From Capsulimonadaceae bacterium (GTDB taxonomy: Bacteria; Armatimonadota; Armatimonadia; Armatimonadales; Capsulimonadaceae): a stretch of DNA of 64,000 nt. How positions within the stretch are numbered: the stretch's first letter is position 1; each line of letters opens with the position of its first letter. Below, piece after piece: positions 9,586 through 18,543 of the stretch. Location: NCBI GenBank assembly GCA_965215505.1, contig OZ244065.1, positions 384,001 to 448,000 of the forward strand, given 5' to 3'. The notes below the pieces were generated by a model that saw nothing but the letters and a program-made list of their open reading frames with translations, was not told the origin of the DNA and made no database searches. Both the position numbers and the translations under genes were made by a program.

Positions 9586-9741
9586 GGAGAGGACGAGTGA
9601 TTGAAATCACTCGCTGAGGGGGACCTGTCCAGGGGACAGAAGAGGGAAATAGGTCGAGCGCCGCCGTCCTGCTCCGTCCTGTCCTCTTGTCCCTTGGACA
9701 AATCCTGCCGGAGCGAGTGATTTCAATCACTCGTCCTCTCC
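9586..9741. repeat. REPIN/MITE-like element with perfect 30-bp terminal inverted repeats
   Basis: ggagaggacgagtgattgaaatcactcgct (9586-9615) is the exact reverse complement of 9712-9741; each arm is itself a hairpin. Confidence 0.85.
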
Positions 9742-9804
9742 TGTCCTCACTTGCCTCAATCGGCGCGTAGCATCAGACATCAATACTGGGCGCATCGTCT
9801 CCAT

Positions 9805-10020
9805 TCACGACTCGTCAACAACCACGCCCGCTTCCGTCTCGATTAGCTTCGCGGAGGGCCAGGTGTCGGGCAGACCCCGCTTGGCCCTCTGCTCCGCCAG
9901 AGACTGAGCCCGCGGCTTCTCCCGCCCGGCTTCCGCCGCCCCCATGGCTTTCCTGACGCCCGTTGCGATTTCCTCGTCTTGCCGTGCCTGCGCCTCCAAA
10001 GCCTTGACAGTGATGGTCAT
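9805..10020 (-). CDS. small hypothetical protein, antitoxin-like
   Basis: AAGGAG RBS; 71 aa; EIATGVRKAMGAAEAGRE resembles the C-terminal motif of ParD/RelB-like antitoxins. Confidence 0.45.
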   Translation of the reverse strand: MTITVKALEAQARQDEEIATGVRKAMGAAEAGREKPRAQSLAEQRAKRGLPDTWPSAKLIETEAGVVVDES

Positions 10021-10086
10021 AATGGCTCCTTCTTAGGGCAATATACCCGGTGGGCGGGGGCATCTGCCCCGCATCCCCTTCTGGCC

Positions 10087-11262
10087 TTACGGCGTCACCG
10101 GCTCCCACTTTTTCGACTCGGCGGATTTCGTGATGGTGTCCAGGAGGACGTTGTTCAGATACCCGTCGCGGAAGTTCGGGGTGGGGTTCTCGCCCCTGCC
10201 GATGGCGGTGAAGGCGTCGAAGAGCAGGTTGGTGAAGGTGTGTTCGTAGCCGATGTTGTGGGCGGCGGGCCAGTAGTGGCCGGTGTAGCGGTCCTGCCCG
10301 GCCGTGACGGTGACGGTGCGGAAGCCGTTCGTGCCGGCGTGGGTGTCCTCGGTGTAGATCTCCAGCTCGTTGGGGCGCTCGGCGTTGAAGACCAGGCTGC
10401 CCTTGCTGCCGTTGATCTCGAAGCGGTTGTGGTTCTTGCGGCCCAGCGCAAAGCGGGTGGCTTCAAAGGTGCCCAGGGCACCGTTCTCGAAGCGGGCGAG
10501 GGCCAGGGAAGCGTCGTCCACGTCCACGACGCCCATGACGTCGGAGGCCTTGCCGCCAAGCCGGTCGTCGGACTCGGCAAGCTCCGGGCGCTGCTTGATG
10601 AAGGTCTCCAGCAGCCCGCTGACCTCTGAAATCTCGCCGACGAGGTAGCGGGCGGTGTCCAGGCAGTGCGCCAGCAGATCGCCGTGCGAGCCGCTGCCTG
10701 CCGTGTCCTTCTGGAGCCGCCAGACCAGGGGGAAGTCCGGGTTGACGATCCAGTCCTGCAAAAACAGCGCGCGCCAGTGGTAGACCTTGCCGACAAGGCC
10801 CTCATCAATGAGCTGCCGGGCGAACGAGACGGCGGGGTTGGCGCGGTAGTTGAACCAGACCATGTGCTTGACGCCCGCCGACTCCACCGCCTCCAGCATC
10901 CGCTTGGCCTGTTCGGAGGTGTTGCCGAGCGGCTTCTCGCAGAAGACGTGCTTGCCGGCCTCGGCGGCGGCGATGGCGATCTCGGCGTGCATGTTGCCGG
11001 GTGCCCCGATGTCGATGATGTCAATGTCGTCGCGGGCGATCAGCTTGCGCCAGTCCGTCTCGTAGCCCTCCCAGCCGAAGGTTGCGGCTGCCTTGCTCAC
11101 CCCGGCCTCGTCGCGCCCGCAGAGCGCCTTCATCACGGGCTTGACTTCCAGCTCGGGGAAGAACCGCCCCACCTGCCGGTAGGCGTTGGAGTGCGCCTTG
11201 CCCATGAACTTGTAGCCGATCATGCCCACGTTCAACGTCTTTGTCGGGGTCTGCGCTGCCAT
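10087..11262 (-). CDS. Gfo/Idh/MocA family oxidoreductase
   Basis: VGMIGYKFMGKAHS, AGKHVFCEKPL and GDLLAHCLD motifs; AGGAGG RBS before ATG 11262. Confidence 0.92.
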   Translation of the reverse strand: MAAQTPTKTLNVGMIGYKFMGKAHSNAYRQVGRFFPELEVKPVMKALCGRDEAGVSKAAATFGWEGYETDWRKLIARDDIDIIDIGAPGNMHAEIAIAAAEAGKHVFCEKPLGNTSEQAKRMLEAVESAGVKHMVWFNYRANPAVSFARQLIDEGLVGKVYHWRALFLQDWIVNPDFPLVWRLQKDTAGSGSHGDLLAHCLDTARYLVGEISEVSGLLETFIKQRPELAESDDRLGGKASDVMGVVDVDDASLALARFENGALGTFEATRFALGRKNHNRFEINGSKGSLVFNAERPNELEIYTEDTHAGTNGFRTVTVTAGQDRYTGHYWPAAHNIGYEHTFTNLLFDAFTAIGRGENPTPNFRDGYLNNVLLDTITKSAESKKWEPVTP

Positions 11263-11293
11263 GTGAATCCTCCTGGGTGCCTGTGCTCGGTTC

Positions 11294-11330
11294 AAAAGAA
11301 ACGGCCCGCCGAAACGGGTTCGACGGGCCG
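11294..11330 (-). terminator. intrinsic terminator after the PPIase gene
   Basis: cggcccg...cgggccg stem followed by a U-rich tract on the minus strand. Confidence 0.55.
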
Positions 11331-11341
11331 GGGCGGGTCGG

Positions 11342-12421
11342 CTAGGGGGCCGGCTGCGGCGCGGGCATGACGCGCATTCCGCCGGCGGGCGGCGCGGGCG
11401 CGAATGTCGGGGCGTCCCCGAGGTAGTCCACGATCTTGGCCCGGTTCCGCAGGGCCTGGATGTAGGGGCCGAACGCCGTCTGGATCTCCTTCTGGCGGGC
11501 CGCCGTGGCGGCGTCGGCGAACCGCTTGGCGTCGGCGGGGAGCGGGGCCGCGCTGGTGCTGTCTATCTTGATCAGGTGGTAGCCGTACTGCGACTTCACC
11601 GGGGCCGGCGTGACCTCGCCGGGCTTCAAGGCGAGGGCGGCCTTGAGGAAGGTGGGGTCGAGCGGCGTGGGCGGGCTGACAAGCCCGCTGGCGTCGATGA
11701 TGCCCAGGTCGCCGCCGTTGGTCTTGCCGGACGGGTCCTCGGTGTATTTGTCGGCGACATCAATGAAGCTCGCGCCGCCCTTCAGCTCGGCCTGGGCTTT
11801 GGCGACGATCGCCAGCGCCTCGGCGTCGGTGTGCGGCTTCGCGCCCCCGCCGACGGGGACGGTCGCGATCAGGAGGTGGCGGGCGTGGTATTCGAGCGGC
11901 GCGGAAGTCGGCTTCAGCGTCTTGAGGACCAGCGCCTCCGCCTTGAGCTGGGTCGTCTGGAGGTCTTTGAACTCCGCCAGTGTCTGGTGGTGCGCCGCCA
12001 GGTAGGCGTCCAGGCCGCCCGGATAGGTGGCGGCCTGCTGCCGGACCTGGGCGATGCGGGCGTTGATCTGGGCGGGCGTCACGACGACGTGCTGCCGGAC
12101 GGCCTCCTGGCTGATCAGCTCGACGAGGATCATCTGGCCGACGATCTGCGCGCCGACGGCCTTCAGGGCGGCCGAGGCGACCTTGGAGCGGGAGATCGGC
12201 TTGCCGTTGACGATGGCGGCGACGCCCGCCGGGGCCGCCCCGCGCGAGGCGAGTGCGGCGGTCGGGAACGCCGACGGCGGCGGGGGCGGCGGGGGCAGGT
12301 CCGGGACCATCGGGGTCTGTGCCAGGGCAATGGGAGCGGCGGCCAGCGCCAGGGCGACGGCGGCGGGCCAGCGCGGGAAGCGACGTGTCAAAATAGAGGG
12401 TCCCCTTTCACGGCGCATCAA
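11342..12421 (-). CDS. parvulin-type peptidyl-prolyl isomerase (PrsA/SurA-like), secreted
   Basis: Signal peptide; AIVNGKPI, HARHLLI, YTEDPSGKTNGGDLG, PVKSQYGYHLIK motifs. True start is uncertain (perhaps TTG 12391). Confidence 0.88.
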   Translation of the reverse strand: MMRRERGPSILTRRFPRWPAAVALALAAAPIALAQTPMVPDLPPPPPPPSAFPTAALASRGAAPAGVAAIVNGKPISRSKVASAALKAVGAQIVGQMILVELISQEAVRQHVVVTPAQINARIAQVRQQAATYPGGLDAYLAAHHQTLAEFKDLQTTQLKAEALVLKTLKPTSAPLEYHARHLLIATVPVGGGAKPHTDAEALAIVAKAQAELKGGASFIDVADKYTEDPSGKTNGGDLGIIDASGLVSPPTPLDPTFLKAALALKPGEVTPAPVKSQYGYHLIKIDSTSAAPLPADAKRFADAATAARQKEIQTAFGPYIQALRNRAKIVDYLGDAPTFAPAPPAGGMRVMPAPQPAP

Positions 12422-12638
12422 ATCGTGGGTGTGAGACGCGCCGCAGTTTCCTACGGAAATCTTGTCCCACTATGTTACAACAAAAGGCCGCCGCCGTCAA
12501 GGCTTGGCCGCCGTTATGCCGGCAGGATTACCGTTTTTGCGTGTTCTGGGGTAGCTTGGCATAATCCCTGCATTAGAGTGAAGTGTCATAAGACATAGTT
12601 TAGACATAGTTTTCGTTTCCTGAAAGGCAGTACCAACC

Positions 12639-13424
12639 ATGAGCATCGTCAAGAACACCGTCACCCTGAACGCCGCCAAGGCCTTCCGCGCCGTGGCCGC
12701 CAGCGCCGCCCTGACCCTCGCCGCGGCGGGCGCGTCCCTCGCCTGGTCCGTCCCGGTCGGCACGACGATGGTGTCGAGCTGCACCCAGAACGGCACCCTG
12801 AGCAACGGCAGCCTGTTCACGCTCTACACCAACATCTACCAGACCGGCAGCACCTACACCACGCAGTACGACCTGCGGAACGTCAACGACGCGGCGGGCC
12901 TGATCGGCATGGACGCGAACTTCGGCTATGCCGCCGCGAGCGGCGAGACCCTCTTCTTCGGCGACGCCCCGAACGCGAGCGGCATCGTCTACCACGACGG
13001 CTCGGTCGGCAGCTCCATCACGAACAACGGCAGCATTGACTACAACACGCACACGGCGACGATGCAGGCCTACACCCAGAACGGACAGGTCATCTGGCAG
13101 CCGACCTGTGGCACCCTGAACGCGGGCCAGGACAGCTTCTCCCAGTTCGGCTTCAACAACAAGGACCAGTACGGCACCTTCGGCTACCTCTACGTCCAGA
13201 CGACCGCCAAACCGGTCCAGAACACCATCTATGTCGCCGACAAGAGCGGGGCCTACGGCAGCGTCACCGACTGCGCCGGTGCCCCCTGCGGCAGCACGAC
13301 CTCCGGCACCCCGTCGCCAGCCGCCGTGCCGGAGCCGGCCCCCGTCGCCTCCATGGGCCTGGGCGGCCTGGGCGTCCTCGGGCTGCTCCTGCGCGCCCGC
13401 AAGCGGACCGTGAAGGGCGCATAG
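12639..13424 (+). CDS. PEP-CTERM sorting-domain surface protein
   Basis: Signal peptide; Thr/Gly/Asn-rich body; C-terminal VPEP + hydrophobic helix + RARKR. Confidence 0.88.
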   Translation: MSIVKNTVTLNAAKAFRAVAASAALTLAAAGASLAWSVPVGTTMVSSCTQNGTLSNGSLFTLYTNIYQTGSTYTTQYDLRNVNDAAGLIGMDANFGYAAASGETLFFGDAPNASGIVYHDGSVGSSITNNGSIDYNTHTATMQAYTQNGQVIWQPTCGTLNAGQDSFSQFGFNNKDQYGTFGYLYVQTTAKPVQNTIYVADKSGAYGSVTDCAGAPCGSTTSGTPSPAAVPEPAPVASMGLGGLGVLGLLLRARKRTVKGA

Positions 13425-13437
13425 GGCGCACCGCACG

Positions 13438-13471
13438 AAAAGCCGCTGCCTCTTTCAGAGGCAGCGGCTTT
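13438..13471. terminator. bidirectional intrinsic terminator
   Basis: aaaagccgctgcctct-ttc-agaggcagcggcttt between convergent genes. Confidence 0.8.
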
Positions 13472-13496
13472 GTTCTGTCGGGCGTCTCGCAGGCTC

Positions 13497-15164
13497 TCAG
13501 ACCCCCTCGGACGCCGCCAGGTCGCCCGACACGGACTGGAGGCGGACGCTGCCCGTCCCCGCGCCCAGCTTGCCCGCCGCGTGCTTCTCGGTCAGGGTCG
13601 TCTCGGTCAGCGGCAGGCTCAGGGCCAGGCTGCCGCTGGTCGTGTTCATCTCGACCCGCGTGTCCGACCCGGCGGGCAGGACGAGCCGCAGGTCGCCGCT
13701 GACCGTCGTGCCGGCGAACGACCCCGAGAACGGGCCGGCGGGCTGCCAGCGGGCGTCCCCGCTGACCGTCAGGAGCGAGACGGCGGGGCTGTCCGCGCCC
13801 GACGCCTCCACGTCCCCGCTGACCGTCTTCACCGTCAAGGCCCCCGAAACGTCCCGCAGGACGGCGTCGCCGCTGATCGTCTCGACATGCACCTGCTCGG
13901 CCCGCAGGTTCGAGACCTCGGCCGACCCGCTCTGCGTCCGGGCCAGCGCGCGTGTCCCGCCCCCGCCGTCCGAGACGCGCACGTCGCCGCTGGACGACTC
14001 GAAGGAGGCCGTGCCGGTCACCTGCGCCTTCCGGGCGACGACGTCCCCGCTGCGGCTGGTCAGGCTGATCGTCCCGCCGGTCAGGCGCTCCGCCCGGATG
14101 TCGGCGCTGGCCGTCTCCACCAGCAGGCTTCCGGCGGGCACGTTCCAGCCGGTGACGCGGACCGCGCCCGACGCGCTGTTGATCTTCGTCTCGCCGCCCT
14201 CCGCCGCCCACGGCTCGGTGACGGCCAGCGCGCCCGAAACCGTCCGCGCCGTCAGGGCGCTTGATGCGCCCGACACGGAGACGGCCCCGAAAGTTGAAGA
14301 AACCTCCAGCGCGACCAGGCGCGGGACGCGGATCTCGTAGTCCACAGTCAGCCGGTCGCGGGCGTCCTGGGGCGCGGCGACGCCGATCTTGCAGCGCCCG
14401 TTCTCCACCTGGTTCGTCAGGAACACCTGCTGGAGCAGGACGCGCGCGTCGGCCTCCGACCCGGCCCAGGCGGTTTTGGTGACGACGGCCTGGGCCGCGC
14501 CCTCGGACCCCTCGACGCCGATGACGGTGATGTTCCCGTACTTGTTCTCCAGGATGAGCCGGTCCGCGCCGGTCCAGGTGAAGGTCGCCTGGCTCGTCTC
14601 GCTCGCCTCGGGCTGGTTCGCCGTGTTGGCGGGCTGCTCGCCGCGCGACGAGTCGCCGCCGACGTCAAAGCTGAAATCGAACTTCATCGCCTTGCGGCCT
14701 TCGCGGGCCGCCTTCTTGGCCTCCTGCCCGGCCTGCCGTGCGGCCGTCTTTGCCGTGCGGAGGGCGTCGTTCTTAAGCGAGTTCAGGCCGCGCATGGCCT
14801 CATCCACGGCCTTGTTGATCTTGCCCAGGTCGAGGTCGGGCTTGTGCAGGTGGTCCATCATCTTGCCGGCGAAGGCCGCCGCCTGGCCCGCCGCCTTGGC
14901 GGTCTGGGCGGCACCCAATTTGCCCTGCAAGTCGCCCAGCTTCCCTTGCAGCTCGGCCAGCTTCGCCTGCATGGAGGCCATGGCGACGGGGTCCGGGATG
15001 TGCGGCGGGGGTGGGGGCGGCGCGACGGGCGGGGGCGGCGCGGCGGGGGCCGGGCCGGACGCCGCGCCGGTCTCGCGGACGGCGCGCAGCAGCGAGTCGG
15101 CCTGCTCGGCCGTGATCTTGCCCTCGCGCAGCATGTTGAGAATCAGGATGCTTTCTTCGCTCAT
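13497..15164 (-). CDS. DUF4097 beta-strand-repeat protein with SHOCT-like N-terminus (YvlB/LiaX-like)
   Basis: MSEESILILNMLREGKITAEQADSLL, a coiled coil, then many T(V/I)SGD repeats; GGAGG RBS; ATGA overlap with the upstream gene. Confidence 0.85.
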   Translation of the reverse strand: MSEESILILNMLREGKITAEQADSLLRAVRETGAASGPAPAAPPPPVAPPPPPPHIPDPVAMASMQAKLAELQGKLGDLQGKLGAAQTAKAAGQAAAFAGKMMDHLHKPDLDLGKINKAVDEAMRGLNSLKNDALRTAKTAARQAGQEAKKAAREGRKAMKFDFSFDVGGDSSRGEQPANTANQPEASETSQATFTWTGADRLILENKYGNITVIGVEGSEGAAQAVVTKTAWAGSEADARVLLQQVFLTNQVENGRCKIGVAAPQDARDRLTVDYEIRVPRLVALEVSSTFGAVSVSGASSALTARTVSGALAVTEPWAAEGGETKINSASGAVRVTGWNVPAGSLLVETASADIRAERLTGGTISLTSRSGDVVARKAQVTGTASFESSSGDVRVSDGGGGTRALARTQSGSAEVSNLRAEQVHVETISGDAVLRDVSGALTVKTVSGDVEASGADSPAVSLLTVSGDARWQPAGPFSGSFAGTTVSGDLRLVLPAGSDTRVEMNTTSGSLALSLPLTETTLTEKHAAGKLGAGTGSVRLQSVSGDLAASEGV

Positions 15165-16153
15165 CGGGTAACCTCCAGGGTACTTCGTCGTGGATCCGGT
15201 CTTAATCGTGGGGACGGCCGGGGCCGCCACTGCCCCCGCCGCACGGCTTGGCGCAGCAGCAGCAGCCCGGCCGCCGTGCTGATGACGAGGCAGACCACGC
15301 TGGCCTCCGGCCCGAACGGCCCGCCGGCGAGGGGGAATGGGCCGGCAACGTGGGACCGCAGCAGTGAGTAGGAGGGGCTTGGGGTCAGCCCCGAGTCGGT
15401 GGTACCGTAGACGGCACTCTCAAAGAAGTTCCAGCCCCAGTGCATGCCGATCGGCAGCCACAGCTGGCGCGTCAGCAGGTAGCCCGCCGTCATCAGGATG
15501 CCGGCTTCAAACACCAGGAAGACCGGCCCCGCCAGCTTCTCGGCGGGCGTCGCGCCCGCAATGGGGTTCAGCAGGTGAACCAGGCCGAACGCGACGCCCG
15601 AGCCGGCCAGCGCGATCCCGGTCCCCCAGCGCGTTTCCAAAGTCTGAAAGAGGTAGCCGCGAAAGATCGTCTCCTCCGTGACCGCCACGGCCAGGAACAG
15701 GAAGAGTGGCACGAGGGGCCGGAAATGGGCGTTGACCCCGCCGACGTGGTACGCACCGGTCACGATCAGCGCGCCGATGACCAGCGAAAAGAGGCCGCCC
15801 CCGATCAGCAGGCCCAGGCTGGTGTCTCGCGCCAGCCCCCGCCGCCCTATCCCGGCGTCCTCGAACGTCCGCCGGTCCGCGAAGCGCACCATGATGAGGA
15901 ACGCGGCGAGGGCGGCGACCGCCGAAACCCCCTCAGCGGCCAGCGCCCCGACCTCACTCGTCGGGTCGAACGGGACGTGCGCGATCAGCAGGAACGGCGC
16001 CAGCGGCACCGCAAGCGCCACACAGAGAACGGCCAGCAGGCCCAGGAATGCCAGGATGCGCGTAACGGGCGAGTCCCAGACGCGCCTCCCGAGGCGGGGC
16101 TTGACCGTCACAGGGTCCGAAGTGTCATGGGCCGAAAGCGTCTCGTTATCCAT
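15161..16153 (-). CDS. CPBP (CAAX/Abi) family intramembrane metalloprotease
   Basis: EETIFRGYL, FGLVHLLN and IGMHWGWNF motifs; multiple TM helices. Confidence 0.9.
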   Translation of the reverse strand: MDNETLSAHDTSDPVTVKPRLGRRVWDSPVTRILAFLGLLAVLCVALAVPLAPFLLIAHVPFDPTSEVGALAAEGVSAVAALAAFLIMVRFADRRTFEDAGIGRRGLARDTSLGLLIGGGLFSLVIGALIVTGAYHVGGVNAHFRPLVPLFLFLAVAVTEETIFRGYLFQTLETRWGTGIALAGSGVAFGLVHLLNPIAGATPAEKLAGPVFLVFEAGILMTAGYLLTRQLWLPIGMHWGWNFFESAVYGTTDSGLTPSPSYSLLRSHVAGPFPLAGGPFGPEASVVCLVISTAAGLLLLRQAVRRGQWRPRPSPRLRPDPRRSTLEVTR

Positions 16154-16165
16154 GTCGTTTGCCGT

Positions 16166-16393
16166 TCACAGGCACGCGAAGCTGACCAGTGCGGCGAGGG
16201 CGGTGGCCGCCATCAGCAGGAGGATGCCACCTTCATAAAGCCTGTCCAAAGACGCGCGCTTGGCCGGGGCCGCCGGCTTCCGCGAGGACGCCGCAGGCGA
16301 CTCCGCGGGCCACTCGACCAGGCGAAGGTGGCCGCGCTCCCTGGTGCGGGGAATCGCCCCGCTCGTCTCCTCAGTATGCTGCGTCACTGCCAT
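16166..16393 (-). CDS. small hypothetical protein with C-terminal TM helix
   Basis: GAGGAG RBS; sits within the operon; hydrophobic C-terminus. Confidence 0.6.
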   Translation of the reverse strand: MAVTQHTEETSGAIPRTRERGHLRLVEWPAESPAASSRKPAAPAKRASLDRLYEGGILLLMAATALAALVSFACL

Positions 16394-16403
16394 GGATGTC
16401 TCC

Positions 16404-16829
16404 TCAGTTGCCGCTCTTGGGTCCGTCGGTGGAAAGGTCCTGCAAGGCGGTCAGGCCCGCGTCGGCGTCCATCGTGCCGTCCTGGATGGCGGCCAGTATC
16501 TCGCGCCGCCGGGCGGCCTTTTCTTCTGCCGTCATCGCGGCGGGCTGCGTGTGCCGGCCCTCATTCGAAAAGTCCAGCGCGTTCAGCAGGGCGTCCAGCC
16601 GACCACGGACGGTCGGATAGGAAATGCCCAGGGCGGCCTCCACGTCGCGGATGACGCCCCGGCAGCGCAGGAACGTCTCCAAGAACCGGAGCTGCTCCGC
16701 GTCGAGGTTGCGGTACGGCGCAAGCGCGAAATGCCCCCGCATCTGCACCCCGCAGCCGAGGCAGCTCGCTTCGGTGACTTCCAACGTCCCGCTGCAAAGC
16801 GGGCATTTGTTCGGCAAGGCTTGTGTCAT
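16404..16829 (-). CDS. DUF2089 family protein (Zn ribbon + HTH + SHOCT-like tail)
   Basis: CPLC...CLGC, FLETFLRCRGVIRDVEAALGISYPTVRGRLD and REILAAIQDG motifs. Confidence 0.9.
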   Translation of the reverse strand: MTQALPNKCPLCSGTLEVTEASCLGCGVQMRGHFALAPYRNLDAEQLRFLETFLRCRGVIRDVEAALGISYPTVRGRLDALLNALDFSNEGRHTQPAAMTAEEKAARRREILAAIQDGTMDADAGLTALQDLSTDGPKSGN

Positions 16830-16846
16830 TTGTTGTTTCCTTTGAT

Positions 16847-16875
16847 ATTATGCGATAGATTATTGAAAAAGTCAA
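16847..16875 (-). promoter_or_regulatory. sigma70-type promoter of the DUF2089 operon
   Basis: Minus strand TTGACT-N17-CATAAT. Confidence 0.65.
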
Positions 16876-16937
16876 TAACGATATTAATTATTTTAACTTT
16901 TTCTCATGCGCCTACCCTTTGCGAACGGGGCGGGGCA

Positions 16938-16966
16938 TTGACGCCGTTTGTCCGGCCCGCTATAAT
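16938..16966 (+). promoter_or_regulatory. sigma70-type promoter (probably leaderless transcript)
   Basis: TTGACG-N17-TATAAT, with ATG 5 nt downstream. Confidence 0.75.
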
Positions 16967-16971
16967 GAGTC

Positions 16972-18291
16972 ATGCGCTTGACTTACCGCCTCGTCCTGCT
17001 CCTCGCGCTCGGCGCGCTGCCGCTCCTGTTCGAAGCCCGCGCGTCCTGGGTGCTGACCGCTGTGCTGGTCTATAACGCCCTCCTGGCCGCCTGCACGCTG
17101 GCCGACTTCCTGGCCTCCCCCGCGCCCGACAAGGCGGTCAGCCTGACGCGAACCGTGGACGAGAAGCTGGCGCTCGGGGCGCAGAACGCCGTCACCATCG
17201 AGGTGCGGAACCGGACCGACGCGCCGCTGGCACTGACCATCCGGGACCTGCCGCCGCCGACCTTCGGCCTGGACCGGGCGGTCGAGGGCCGGATGTCGCT
17301 GCCGGCCGACCCGCGCCCCGTCCGCTTCGTCTACCACGTCACGCCGCCCGCCAAGGGCGACTTCACTTTCGGCGACCTGTACTTCCAGTATCCGGGCAGG
17401 CTCGGCCTGATCCGCCGGCAGGCGGTCGCGGTCGCCCGAAGGTCCGTCAAGGTCTACCCGAACCTGGTGGAGACGGCCAAGTACGAGCTGCTGGCCCGGC
17501 GGGGCCGCTTGCAGCAGCTCGGCATCCGCGCGGCCCGGATACGCGGCGGCGGGTCCGAGTTCGAGAGCCTGCGCGAGTACGTCCCCGGCGACGAGTACAA
17601 GAAGATCGACTGGAGCGCGACCGCCCGGCGGGGCAAGCTGATCTCGCGGCAGTACGAGGCCGAGCGGTCGCAGAACATCATGCTGCTGCTGGACACGGGC
17701 CGGAACATGCTCCAGAGCATCCAGAAGATGGCGAAGCTGGACTACGTCGTCAACACCGCCCTGATGCTGGCCTACGTCGCCGCCGCCTCCGACGACAAGG
17801 TGGGCCTGATGGCCTTTGACGCCGACATCCGCGCCTACCTGCCGCCCGCCAAAAGCAAGGCCCAGGTCTACGGCATATTAGAAAGCCTCTACAACCTGGA
17901 AGCGCGCATGGTGGAGACGGACTACAAAGCCGCCTTCCAGAACCTTTCCACCCGCTGGCGTCGCCGGTCGCTTGTCGTCCTGTTCACCGACCTGGTTGAC
18001 CCGGACTCGTCGGTGCAGATGCTGGATGCCGTGCCGATGATCTCCGACCAGCACCGCGTCGTCTGCGTTACGGTGAGTGACCCGAACATCCTCGCCGCCG
18101 CCAGGAGCGTCCCGACCGACAGCGCGGGCGTCTACCGCAAGGCGGTCGCCACCCAGGTCTTGCAGGAGCGCCGCGCGGCCATTTCGGTCCTGAAGCGGCG
18201 CGGGGTTTGGACGATAGACAGCCCGCCGGAGGAGTTGAGTGCGGACCTGATCAACCATTATCTGGACTTGAAGGCGCGTTCGATGATTTAG
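16972..18291 (+). CDS. DUF58 domain protein (MoxR-associated)
   Basis: EFESLREYVPGD, IDWSATAR, LLDTGRNM and DKVGL motifs. Confidence 0.92.
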   Translation: MRLTYRLVLLLALGALPLLFEARASWVLTAVLVYNALLAACTLADFLASPAPDKAVSLTRTVDEKLALGAQNAVTIEVRNRTDAPLALTIRDLPPPTFGLDRAVEGRMSLPADPRPVRFVYHVTPPAKGDFTFGDLYFQYPGRLGLIRRQAVAVARRSVKVYPNLVETAKYELLARRGRLQQLGIRAARIRGGGSEFESLREYVPGDEYKKIDWSATARRGKLISRQYEAERSQNIMLLLDTGRNMLQSIQKMAKLDYVVNTALMLAYVAAASDDKVGLMAFDADIRAYLPPAKSKAQVYGILESLYNLEARMVETDYKAAFQNLSTRWRRRSLVVLFTDLVDPDSSVQMLDAVPMISDQHRVVCVTVSDPNILAAARSVPTDSAGVYRKAVATQVLQERRAAISVLKRRGVWTIDSPPEELSADLINHYLDLKARSMI

Positions 18292-18465
18292 AGGCCGCCC
18301 TGCTTCCGCTCGCGAACCCCCTTCGCGTCCAGCCCCTGCTTTTCACCGGGACGAGCCTGTCCGGCGGGGAGTCCGGCGACCGGCAGCGGGTGGGCCGGCG
18401 GTTCAACCTGACCGCGGCGCTCTCTGACCATGAGCGTCACGACTGCCCCTGATGCGAGAGGACTA

Positions 18466-18494
18466 TTGACGAAATCGCGGGCGGCTGTTATAGT
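18466..18494 (+). promoter_or_regulatory. sigma70-type promoter of the GH26 gene
   Basis: TTGACG-N17-TATAGT; AGGAGG RBS downstream. Confidence 0.65.
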
Positions 18495-18543
18495 GTTGGC
18501 ATTCTACGCCGAGAGGTCCGGTGTCCGGCCAAGGAGGTTGTTG

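Noticed and set aside
9528..9741. CRISPR array
   Set aside because: The 14-mers are contiguous with no spacers, the longer repeats are inverted, and no cas genes are present.
18297..18450. Small gene or RNA between DUF58 and GH26
   Set aside because: No convincing start, motif or structure; it may be a gene remnant but I cannot support it.
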